DNA from: a virus
Taxonomy: Duplodnaviria > Caudoviricetes
Reading direction: 5' to 3' (one strand)
DNA length: 60,652 nt
Virus record (IMG/VR): IMGVR_UViG_3300044630_001263
Coordinates: 1-60,652 of that record
Shown piece after piece: positions 10,576 through 19,374 of the stretch; position 1 is the stretch's first letter, and each line of letters starts with the position of its first letter. Made by a program: the position numbers and the translations under genes. A model generated the notes under the pieces. It did no database searches. It saw only the letters and a list, made by a program, of their open reading frames with translations, and was not told where the DNA came from.

Positions 10576-10865
10576 AGTGGCTTTTAGCTGCAGTATTATT
10601 AATGGTATCAGTAGCATCTTCTCAAACGATTAGATGCTCTACAGTGGAGTTCTATGGATTAGGTATGACAATATTTAATCCATCAGAACGACACGTTCAC
10701 CTTAACAGGTGGCTAGACTTTAATGGTCCTAAATGTAGTAAAGAAGATTTAGTATTAATCTGGAATAACCTACCTGAATGGGCTGGCACTGCTGATAGCG
10801 CTGGGCTAAGAAGTAAGGTAGCTATTCTTTATCAACAACTCATTGATAAGGAAACAAAGAAATGA
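10572..10865 (+). CDS. Secreted/periplasmic hypothetical protein
   Basis: N-terminal signal-peptide-like MKWLLAAVLLMVSVASS and two Cys. Confidence 0.6.
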   Translation: MKWLLAAVLLMVSVASSQTIRCSTVEFYGLGMTIFNPSERHVHLNRWLDFNGPKCSKEDLVLIWNNLPEWAGTADSAGLRSKVAILYQQLIDKETKK

Positions 10866-11101
10866 AACTATACAGCTATGATAAGTATTATCCTTTGGTA
10901 CATCCTTCTTACCACAATGCAAGTCTTCAACTCTATAACAAAAAACTGGAGCTATTAAATGTTGAAAGAGAAATTCTTAGAGAAATTAAAAGGGTTACTA
11001 AAGCCTATCACGACATGGAGCATGAACTCTATCTTCTCAAAAATAAAGAGCTTCTTATCGAAAGACAAATCAACGATCCAACCCTCGACATCTACGCATA
11101 A
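10862..11101 (+). CDS. Hypothetical protein
   Basis: 79 aa ORF with ATGA overlap to the previous gene. Confidence 0.5.
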   Translation: MKLYSYDKYYPLVHPSYHNASLQLYNKKLELLNVEREILREIKRVTKAYHDMEHELYLLKNKELLIERQINDPTLDIYA

Positions 11102-11111
11102 GGAAAAACCT

Positions 11112-11348
11112 ATGGAAGATCTTAAAGGAAAACTAACTTATAACGTTACGTTTATGGTTAGTGCAACACTATGTTTATCTGTGTTAGCTATGATTTCTGC
11201 TTTTTGTTTTGGATTATATTCCAGACAAGTAGAGGATGGTGAAATATTTAAACTATTGTCACCTGCATTTCAAACTATTATCGGTGGATTTATTGGTTTA
11301 CTTGCTGGTATTAAACTGTCTCATGACGAACATAGGAATACAAAATGA
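11112..11348 (+). CDS. Two-TM membrane protein (holin/antiholin-like)
   Basis: Internal ATG with AAGGA RBS inside track ORF 10959..11348; two hydrophobic helices. Confidence 0.6.
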   Translation: MEDLKGKLTYNVTFMVSATLCLSVLAMISAFCFGLYSRQVEDGEIFKLLSPAFQTIIGGFIGLLAGIKLSHDEHRNTK

Positions 11349-11761
11349 GTTTACTGGATAATTTAAATCCCCTATTATCTATCGGTGGAAAGATCCTCGA
11401 TAGAGTATTACCAGACCCAGCTGCCGCATCTGCAGCCAAGGCTGAACTACAAAAGTTAGAACAGACAGGTGAGTTAGCTAAGATGGCTAATGAAACTAAA
11501 CTGTATGAAACTGAACAGAACAATTTAACTCAGCGTATGCAGGCTGATATGGCTAGTGATTCATGGATGTCTAAGAATATAAGACCATTGACTCTAGTTT
11601 TTCTTTTGATAGCTTACTCAGGATTTGCTATTGCATCTATATTTGATTATGAGACTCGTGGAGCTTATGTTGAGCTACTAGGGCAGTGGGGCATGCTAGT
11701 TATGTCCTTTTATTTTGGTGGTCGTACAATGGAAAAGATTGCAGACAGGGTTAAAAAATGA
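11345..11761 (+). CDS. Holin (3TM, GTA-holin-like)
   Basis: DSWMSKNIRP...FYFGGRTMEK signature; directly upstream of the endolysin. Confidence 0.8.
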   Translation: MSLLDNLNPLLSIGGKILDRVLPDPAAASAAKAELQKLEQTGELAKMANETKLYETEQNNLTQRMQADMASDSWMSKNIRPLTLVFLLIAYSGFAIASIFDYETRGAYVELLGQWGMLVMSFYFGGRTMEKIADRVKK

Positions 11762-12216
11762 CAAAGCTAAGCGAAAACTTTACACTTGAAGAAGCTACAC
11801 ACTCAGACACAGCTGTTCGAATGGGTATCAACAATCAACCCGATGAACGTCAGCTGGAGAATATGAAGAAAGCAGCTGAGGGTATGCAACAGATTAGGGC
11901 TGTGTTAGGTAAACCTATCAGTATTAATTCTTGGTTACGACTACCTGAAGTAAACGTAGCAGTAGGCGGCTCAAGAGTATCGTCTCATATGGACGGTTGG
12001 GCTATTGACTTTACTTCATCATATGGTAATCCACTTGCTGTATGTAAAGCTATTGAGGCTGCAGGTATTAAGTTTGACCAAATGATTCATGAGTATGGTC
12101 GTTGGACTCACATCTCTTTTGCACCTGAAATGCGTGGTCAAAAGCTAACTATCTTCCGACCTGCTAACAAATATAAAACAGGTTTATTAACCGAAGAAGA
12201 ATATAATAAAACTTAA
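11758..12216 (+). CDS. Endolysin, peptidase M15 family
   Basis: LSENFTLEE, SSHMDGWAID (SxHxxGxAxD) and WTHISF zinc-ligand motifs. Confidence 0.85.
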   Translation: MTKLSENFTLEEATHSDTAVRMGINNQPDERQLENMKKAAEGMQQIRAVLGKPISINSWLRLPEVNVAVGGSRVSSHMDGWAIDFTSSYGNPLAVCKAIEAAGIKFDQMIHEYGRWTHISFAPEMRGQKLTIFRPANKYKTGLLTEEEYNKT

Positions 12217-12230
12217 TCGGTACCTATTAG
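12213..12230 (+). promoter_or_regulatory. Putative phage RNAP promoter, copy 1
   Basis: TTAATCGGTACCTATTAG, upstream of the nozzle gene; matches the recurrent motif. Confidence 0.7.
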
Positions 12231-12248
12231 TAATAAAAAGGATATCAC

Positions 12249-13772
12249 ATGGCAACACCAATTACAGACCTAGGTAAGGGAGGTCTCAACACAGACTTAT
12301 CACCCTTGATTGTTCCACCTAATGTTTTCTCTGATGTACTCAATGTTCGATTTGACGATAACGCAGTACAAACAATTACTGGTGAGGCAGCATACAGGAC
12401 TGTAGCTATTGCTCCTAACTATGGTATTCACTGGAAAAGACCCGACCAAGGATATAACATCTTTGCTAAGAATGGAGCTATTGTCAGAGTAGACGCTGCT
12501 GGTAATACATCAAATATGTTTGCTTCAGCTGACGTAGTATATGACAACAGTGATTGGCAAGGTACACAATTCAATGGTGGCTTTGCTATCATTCTTAACA
12601 ACGGACAAACAACACCGTTATACTGCTTATATGGTAGCCCATCGGCAGGTTCTACATTTCAACCATTACCTAACTGGAACTACGTTGCAGGTTTAGCTGT
12701 AACAGCCAAAGTAATCAGGGCATACAACTATTCCCTTGTTGCGGCTAACCTAACACTTACACAAGACGGTATTATTACTTACGCTCCCGGAACAGTACGT
12801 GTGTCTGTTCAAGCACCTACAGGTAATATCCCGCAGACATGGCAACCAGGAACTACAACAGACACTGCTGACGAGTTTGAATTAAGCTCTACCTCTCAAG
12901 TACTCGATATGCTTGACCTTCGTGGTAATATGTTTATTTATTCTGAAGACAGTATTAATATATTGTCTATTGGAACAGTCTCTAAAGTAACTCCATACTC
13001 AAAGTCTTATGGTATTTTAGGTGTAGACTGTGTATGCGAGTTTGATGGTAATCACTTTGTTGTTGATCGTAATGACATTTATATTCACAATGGTTCAGGT
13101 AACATTGAATCCATTGCTGACTTCCGAATTAAAAAGTATTTCTTTAATAACTTAAATAAAGCTCAGATTAGTAAGGTACACGTAGTACGTAATCCATTCT
13201 ATAAAGAGATCTGGATTAACTATCCTAAGGGATCTTCTACTGTATGTAATGAAACTCTTATCTTTAATTATAAGAATAATACATGGACAAAGAGACAATT
13301 AGCTAGCGTTACATACGCATTTAATGCTCCACAAAATTTAAGTAATACCTTTGTGTATGCTAAACAAGAGTTGTTGTTTACAACTACCAGCACACAAACA
13401 TTGATTACTAATGATGCTTACCTTATGTACAATGGTACTACATTTGTACCTTATAATTCTTATATATCAAAGAAAATTAATACAGGTGATTTAACAATTA
13501 GCTCTCTTATTAGTTCTATTTATCCTGTATTTGATAAAGTATCTTCAACAGCAAGTATAAGTATTAAAGTACGTGGTCAGAATAACTATATTGATGAGCC
13601 AACATATACTTCAGAAGATACATTTACATTCCTACCTAATAATCAAAAATCACAGGGCTACAAAGTAGATCCACGGGTTAATGGTCGTGTAATGAATTTA
13701 TATATTACATCAACAGATTATTGGAGACTACCAATGATCTCATTTGATGTACGCCCAGCCGACAGGAGGTAA
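12249..13772 (+). CDS. Putative tail nozzle / DNA stabilisation protein (tail tubular B or P22 gp10-like)
   Basis: 507 aa, beta-rich, GGLNTD N terminus and EIWINYP...FNYKNNTW motif; precedes the ejection proteins. Confidence 0.65.
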   Translation: MATPITDLGKGGLNTDLSPLIVPPNVFSDVLNVRFDDNAVQTITGEAAYRTVAIAPNYGIHWKRPDQGYNIFAKNGAIVRVDAAGNTSNMFASADVVYDNSDWQGTQFNGGFAIILNNGQTTPLYCLYGSPSAGSTFQPLPNWNYVAGLAVTAKVIRAYNYSLVAANLTLTQDGIITYAPGTVRVSVQAPTGNIPQTWQPGTTTDTADEFELSSTSQVLDMLDLRGNMFIYSEDSINILSIGTVSKVTPYSKSYGILGVDCVCEFDGNHFVVDRNDIYIHNGSGNIESIADFRIKKYFFNNLNKAQISKVHVVRNPFYKEIWINYPKGSSTVCNETLIFNYKNNTWTKRQLASVTYAFNAPQNLSNTFVYAKQELLFTTTSTQTLITNDAYLMYNGTTFVPYNSYISKKINTGDLTISSLISSIYPVFDKVSSTASISIKVRGQNNYIDEPTYTSEDTFTFLPNNQKSQGYKVDPRVNGRVMNLYITSTDYWRLPMISFDVRPADRR

Positions 13773-13774
13773 TA

Positions 13775-16768
13775 ATGTTTAATCCACCTATCACAGGTGA
13801 TAAAGAGCTTGATGCTTACCTATTTGATCTTAGCTTAAATATTGATGGTTTGTCTGGAGGCACTGAGTCTAATCCTAATCTTCCTAATGGAGATCCTGGT
13901 GCGTATGTCTACCAGTATATTCATGTTAAATATGCTGATGACAACATAGGCACAGGATTCTCCAACACACCTACCCTTAAACTTTTCTTTGGTATATTTA
14001 ATAGTAGTTCATCTGTAGAGTCAACTAATCCAGCAGACTACACTTGGTATAAATCTATATTTCCATTTGGTACTATTAACTTTTTGTACTACCTTATTCT
14101 TGGTGGTAGAAAAATTAAGTTTGCTGTTAATACGTCTCCTCCAGACTATCATTGGAAACAAGACGATGGCAATGCTATTGACTTAGATATTATTGTTCCT
14201 CCGTCTACAATCTCTTTTAATGAGATTATGAATAATGCAATCACTGAGCTTAAGATTGCTCGTGATGCTGTAACAGCTACAAAGATTAATGTAGCGGCTC
14301 TTGACCAAGCATTTGGTGACTTAAGACCTAATACAGTGTCTGCTGCTCAGATTGCTACTAATGCAGTAACTAATCTTAAATTGTTAGACGGTGCTGTTAC
14401 TGCCGCTAAAACAAACGTTGCAGCATTAAGTCCACTTACTGGCTTTCTTAACCCTGACACTGTAAACACAGCTCAGATTGTTAATAACGCAGTATCTAAT
14501 TTAAAAGTTCTTGACGGTGCTATCACAGCTAACAAAACAAATCTTGCGGCTCTTGATAATACATTAGGTAATCTTAAAGCAGATACTGTCAGCGCTGCTA
14601 ACTTAGTTGCTAATGCAGTAACTGAAGTTAAAATTGCTGCTGGAGCTGTTAGCGCGGCTAAAACAAACATAGCGGCTCTTAGCCCATTAAGTGGTTTGTT
14701 AAATGCCAATACAGTAGATACTGCACAACTTGTTACTGGTGCTGTTAATGATTTGAAGATTGCAGCTGGAGCTATTACAGAAAGTAAAGTTGGTACAGGT
14801 GCTATTACAGAAACCAAGATTGGCTCTAACTCTGTAACGTCTGATAAAATTATTGCTAATGCTATTGTTGCAGATAAAATAGCGGCTAACTCAGTAGTAG
14901 CCGATAAGATTGCCGCCAATGCAGTTGTTGCAGGTAAGATTGCGGCTAATGCTGTTACTGCAAGTACTATTGAAGCAGGAGCAGTTGTTGCAGGTAAGAT
15001 TGCCGCAGACGCAGTCACAGCAACTAACATTGCGGCTAACTCTATTGTGTCTAGTAAGATAGCCGCTGATGCTATTACCTCAGACAAGATCAGTGCCAAT
15101 GCAGTTGTTGCGGGTAAGATTGCAGCAGACGCAGTAACAACAAACACTATTGCGGCTGGAGCTATCGTTGCTAATAAGCTTGCGGCAAACTCTGTAACGG
15201 CTAACGCTATTGCGGCTAACTCAGTTGTAGCAAGCAAGATTGCAGCTGGAGCTGTTGTTGCAGAAGCTATTGCAGCAGGTACAATTACTGGTGACAAGAT
15301 CTTTGCTAACACTATTACTGGTGCTAACATTGCGGCATTCACTATTGGCGCTCAAGCTATTGCGGCTCAAGCTATTACATCTGTTAAGATTGAAGCTGGT
15401 GCGATTATTGCAGATAAGATTGCGGCTGGTGCAGTAACTACTGACAAACTAACTGTATTAAACCTTGCGGCTATTACAGCTAACATGGGTACACTTACCT
15501 CAGGTGAAATTATTGTTGGCTCTGCCCCTACAATTAGTGGCACAACAATGACTGGATCAGGTACACACTTGTACTCTAACGGTAATTTTGTTCTTGGTAA
15601 TGCAACAACTAACGTTACATTTAACGGTTCAGTATTAAGTCTTAATGGACAAGTTGTTTATCCAGGAAATATTGATACAAGAAACCTTACAATTAAAGAT
15701 GCTGCTGGTAATATTATTTTAGGTGCTGGTACAAGCCTTAACTTTTCAAACATTATTGCAAATAGTGGTTGGTTAAACAGCAATATTTCAATTAGTTCTA
15801 ATGGTACTCTTAACGGAGCTGGAGGTGGAACTGTTTCTGCCGCAGGGCTTGGAGCTGTTAAAACAGATTTAACAAATGCCCCAGCAGGGATTCTCAATAG
15901 TAATATTTCACTAGGAACTCTTGGTGCAGGTGCATTTGCTTATTTAAGTGCTATCACTAGTGCTAACGTAACAACTTATATTTCTGGTGCGGCTATTGGC
16001 ACAGCACAAATTGGAGTGTTGACTGCAAACAATATTGGTGCAGGAACTATTGATGCGAGTAAGATTGCTGCAGGAACTATTTGGACTAATAACCTTCAAG
16101 TAGGTTCTTCTCCTGCTATCTCAGGCACCAACATGACGGGTGCTGGAGCAAGGATTAATAGTGATGGTACATTTGCTTTAGGTAACAGTTCTACTAACAT
16201 TACTTATAATGGTAGTGCTATGTACCTTAATGGTAACGTAGTTGCTACAGGTAATATTAACGCTAATGCGGTAACAAACTTTTTAACATTATCTACTGCT
16301 ACACCTCAATCGTTAATTATCCCTGATGGTGATCCAACTAACGTTAGTGCAGCAAATATTGTATATTTAACTGCAACCTACACAGCTTCAGGTACTGGTT
16401 TTGTAACAATTAATTGGGATGCAACTTCTATTTTTGGTATTCCGTTTGCTACAGGTCAAGGTCGTATTATTCCTGTTGTGTTTTCAGTATGGCGAAACTC
16501 AACTAACTTAGGTAGTAAACCTTTTATAGTTGATACACCGCCTGCTGGAGTAAACACTTATACCATTAGAGCTGTTTTAGGAACACCTCCTTATACAGAC
16601 CCACTTAATAATTACCCATCTTGGGCGCGTACTGACATATCTCCACCTAACGAAATGTGGGATTACAGTATAGGATATTATCCTTATACTAATATGGCAG
16701 GATACACTGAGTCTAAAAGACCAAAAGCATTAACAGCTCAAATTACAATTGTAGAATACAAAAAATGA
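13775..16768 (+). CDS. Second tail fibre/spike with 10-aa repeats
   Basis: YIHVKYADD...NPADYTWY module and many A(N/G)AV(T/V)A(D/G)KIA decamer repeats; followed by a chaperone gene. Confidence 0.75.
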   Translation: MFNPPITGDKELDAYLFDLSLNIDGLSGGTESNPNLPNGDPGAYVYQYIHVKYADDNIGTGFSNTPTLKLFFGIFNSSSSVESTNPADYTWYKSIFPFGTINFLYYLILGGRKIKFAVNTSPPDYHWKQDDGNAIDLDIIVPPSTISFNEIMNNAITELKIARDAVTATKINVAALDQAFGDLRPNTVSAAQIATNAVTNLKLLDGAVTAAKTNVAALSPLTGFLNPDTVNTAQIVNNAVSNLKVLDGAITANKTNLAALDNTLGNLKADTVSAANLVANAVTEVKIAAGAVSAAKTNIAALSPLSGLLNANTVDTAQLVTGAVNDLKIAAGAITESKVGTGAITETKIGSNSVTSDKIIANAIVADKIAANSVVADKIAANAVVAGKIAANAVTASTIEAGAVVAGKIAADAVTATNIAANSIVSSKIAADAITSDKISANAVVAGKIAADAVTTNTIAAGAIVANKLAANSVTANAIAANSVVASKIAAGAVVAEAIAAGTITGDKIFANTITGANIAAFTIGAQAIAAQAITSVKIEAGAIIADKIAAGAVTTDKLTVLNLAAITANMGTLTSGEIIVGSAPTISGTTMTGSGTHLYSNGNFVLGNATTNVTFNGSVLSLNGQVVYPGNIDTRNLTIKDAAGNIILGAGTSLNFSNIIANSGWLNSNISISSNGTLNGAGGGTVSAAGLGAVKTDLTNAPAGILNSNISLGTLGAGAFAYLSAITSANVTTYISGAAIGTAQIGVLTANNIGAGTIDASKIAAGTIWTNNLQVGSSPAISGTNMTGAGARINSDGTFALGNSSTNITYNGSAMYLNGNVVATGNINANAVTNFLTLSTATPQSLIIPDGDPTNVSAANIVYLTATYTASGTGFVTINWDATSIFGIPFATGQGRIIPVVFSVWRNSTNLGSKPFIVDTPPAGVNTYTIRAVLGTPPYTDPLNNYPSWARTDISPPNEMWDYSIGYYPYTNMAGYTESKRPKALTAQITIVEYKK

Positions 16769-17181
16769 ATTACACAATTTACAAAAAATTAAATGGAGAA
16801 ATATTTTCTCAATTTGGAGGGTCATTAGAATCTTTGCAACTAAATATAGATTTTGATACACAAGATTATATTGAAGGTAATTATTTAAGAGAATTTTATT
16901 ATATTCAAAATAATGAGCCTGTTGAAATCTCAAGGCCACCAGATGTTTGGTATGATTTTAATTACAATACAAAACAATGGGTAGCTAATCGAGATAAAGC
17001 AATTGATTTTATTTCTGAAAAAAGGAAAAAATTACTTATTGATTCTGACTGGACTCAGCTGCCCAACGGACCTTTAACGCAACAACAACAAGAAGCTTGG
17101 GCAGTATACCGCCAACAACTTCGTGATATACCTCAGCAGTCTGGATATCCATTTAACGTAGTGTGGCCAACACCACCATAA
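16765..17181 (+). CDS. Tail fibre assembly chaperone
   Basis: R--LL-DSDWTQLP...W--YRQQLRDIPQQ-GYP--V-WP--P signature. Confidence 0.85.
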   Translation: MNYTIYKKLNGEIFSQFGGSLESLQLNIDFDTQDYIEGNYLREFYYIQNNEPVEISRPPDVWYDFNYNTKQWVANRDKAIDFISEKRKKLLIDSDWTQLPNGPLTQQQQEAWAVYRQQLRDIPQQSGYPFNVVWPTPP

Positions 17182-17189
17182 TAAACAAT

Positions 17190-17609
17190 ATGAAAATAAT
17201 TCTACTAACCACCGACCAGACAGTTCAACATTGGTCTGTTATCTCAGGATACCTGAGTAAAGTAATTGAACACAGCCAAGGAGAATCATCACTTACAGAT
17301 TATCTTAAGAAGATCCTCAATGAATATGTTCAGTGTTGGGCGGTAGTAGATAACAACCTTAATATTATTGGTGTAGGTTTAACTCAATACTTACAATACT
17401 CTCAACATAAAACACTTCACATCATTGCTTTTTCTGGTAGTGACTTTGAAGAACAGTCTAAGGTGTTCCCTACAGTGGAACAATTTGCCCGTGATTCTGG
17501 TTGTAAAGCCATTGAACAATGGGGTCGTCCAGGATGGGCAAAGGTACTACCAAAGTATGTGCCAGGATTTAAAGAAGCTTACGTAGTAATGCGAAAGGAT
17601 TTAGAATGA
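17190..17609 (+). CDS. GNAT-fold-like internal virion/head assembly protein
   Basis: FARDSGCKAIEQWGRPGWAKVL motif; sits immediately before the ejection proteins. Confidence 0.55.
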   Translation: MKIILLTTDQTVQHWSVISGYLSKVIEHSQGESSLTDYLKKILNEYVQCWAVVDNNLNIIGVGLTQYLQYSQHKTLHIIAFSGSDFEEQSKVFPTVEQFARDSGCKAIEQWGRPGWAKVLPKYVPGFKEAYVVMRKDLE

Positions 17610-18484
17610 AATATAAAATTAATGGTTCTATAAAGAAGAACTATGGTGGTGGAGGTGGTCAAACAGTAAGTAGTATTCCCGATTGGGCGCAACCTTACTT
17701 ACAGAATGTTGGTAATGCCGCAGAAGCTGGTTATAGATCAGGTGATTTGGGTAAAGTAGCTGGTGCTTCTAGACTCCAACAAGATGCTTTTGGTGGTGGC
17801 GCTAACCTTATTGGTTCTACCACAACAGGTGCCGCTAATGTTTTGGGTGAGCAGTCAGGTAGACTATCTAACTTAGCTTCTACTGGTGTTGATACATCAG
17901 GCTCTGAAGCTCTTATTGGTAGTGCTACAGGCTCAATGGCTGACCAAGCTAAACGACTTACTGGTATGGCTATGGCACCTAGCGCTGAAACTCTTGCGGC
18001 TCAAAAGTCAGGTATTCTTCTTGACGCACAAAAGAAAGTTGCTGGATTGAATACAGGTTTTGGTTCAGCAGGTACACTAGGTTCTGCACGACAAGCTGTT
18101 ATGCAGGGTGCTCAAAACGCTGAGACTACAGGTCAGCTTGCTAAAGTTGATGCTGACTACGAAAACAATATGTTTAAGAATAGACTTGCCGCTGAACAGG
18201 CCTTGTCAGGTACTCAAACAGGTACTCTTAATGCCGCTACTAACCTTGCTAATCTTAAGTCAGGGGATGCAACTACTCGTCTTGCAGCTGAACAAGCTCT
18301 TCAGGGCGGTGCTACAACAGGCGCTAACATTGTTAATACTGGTGTGTCTGGTATTTCTAAACTTGGTGAACAACAACGTGGTATTGACCAACAAGGTCTT
18401 GACGCGGGTTGGCAGGGTCTTCAGCGTTATGCTTCAACTATCTATGGTAACCCTGCAAGACAACAAGCGACTGGAGGTAAATAA
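17606..18484 (+). CDS. Putative DNA ejection (internal virion) protein
   Basis: Gly/Ala/Gln-rich; GGGGG...IPDWAQPYL N terminus and GTLGSARQAV motif. Confidence 0.65.
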   Translation: MKYKINGSIKKNYGGGGGQTVSSIPDWAQPYLQNVGNAAEAGYRSGDLGKVAGASRLQQDAFGGGANLIGSTTTGAANVLGEQSGRLSNLASTGVDTSGSEALIGSATGSMADQAKRLTGMAMAPSAETLAAQKSGILLDAQKKVAGLNTGFGSAGTLGSARQAVMQGAQNAETTGQLAKVDADYENNMFKNRLAAEQALSGTQTGTLNAATNLANLKSGDATTRLAAEQALQGGATTGANIVNTGVSGISKLGEQQRGIDQQGLDAGWQGLQRYASTIYGNPARQQATGGK

Positions 18485-19365
18485 TGGCTGGAATACAAGG
18501 AACACCTTCAGGCGCGGGTTCTATGGGAATGGATACTCAAGCTACCCCTTCTGTTTTTACTCCATCAAATCAACCAAACGCTAATATGATGAGTCCTGCT
18601 GTACAGCCAATGCCACAACCCTCTATGGGCGGTGGTAAGGGTGCTGGTCCTATGCAACCACAAAAGACTGCTATGGGTACACCTATTGTGTATGGTAATG
18701 TATATTCATCGGATACTCCCCCATCAATAGGTAATCCTAATACACCTAATACACCTATTGAACCTGCTTTTGATGCAACACTTCAAGCAGCTGACGGTAC
18801 TACAAGTGTACCTGCTTATGCCTATGGTACAACAAATGTTTCAGGTTATAATAATGGAACTGTAGAAATAGAAGATCCATGGGGTTGGAGTAAACCACAA
18901 CCTGTAACCGCACCTATGGCGGCAGAAATTAAGCCGTCTACAGAACAAGCTTTGGGTCGTATGCCTGATAGAACAGAGCAACAGTTAGCTTCTATGGCTA
19001 TGAGTAAAGGTATTGATGCCGCTGATAAGGGTATTACAGCAGGTTATAACGCATATAAAATGGCAGGACCATTAGCAGAAGCCCAAGCTGTTTCTCAAGC
19101 TGCAGCTACAGATATGGCTCTTGGTGGAATGGGTGGTACAGCAGGTGCTGCAGCATTAACAGAAGCTGCCGCTACTGGTGCTGCTTTAGCTGAAGGCGGT
19201 GCTGCTGCTAGCGCATTAGGAACTGCAGGAGCAGGAGCAGGTGCTGCTGGTTTAGGCGGTGCTTTAGGTGCTGGTGGTAGCGCGGCTATGGCGGCTCTTG
19301 CATCTAACCCTGTTGGCTGGGCTATTGGCGCAGGACTTTTAGCTAAGAAGCTTAAGATATTTTAA
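18484..19365 (+). CDS. Putative DNA ejection (pilot) protein
   Basis: Pro-rich N half, Gly/Ala-rich C half ending in hydrophobic NPVGWAIGAGLL. Confidence 0.6.
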   Translation: MAGIQGTPSGAGSMGMDTQATPSVFTPSNQPNANMMSPAVQPMPQPSMGGGKGAGPMQPQKTAMGTPIVYGNVYSSDTPPSIGNPNTPNTPIEPAFDATLQAADGTTSVPAYAYGTTNVSGYNNGTVEIEDPWGWSKPQPVTAPMAAEIKPSTEQALGRMPDRTEQQLASMAMSKGIDAADKGITAGYNAYKMAGPLAEAQAVSQAAATDMALGGMGGTAGAAALTEAAATGAALAEGGAAASALGTAGAGAGAAGLGGALGAGGSAAMAALASNPVGWAIGAGLLAKKLKIF

Positions 19366-19374
19366 GGAAATACT

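Noticed and set aside
14473-15897. Antisense and alternative ORFs in the second fibre
   Set aside because: They are shadows of the decamer repeat region.
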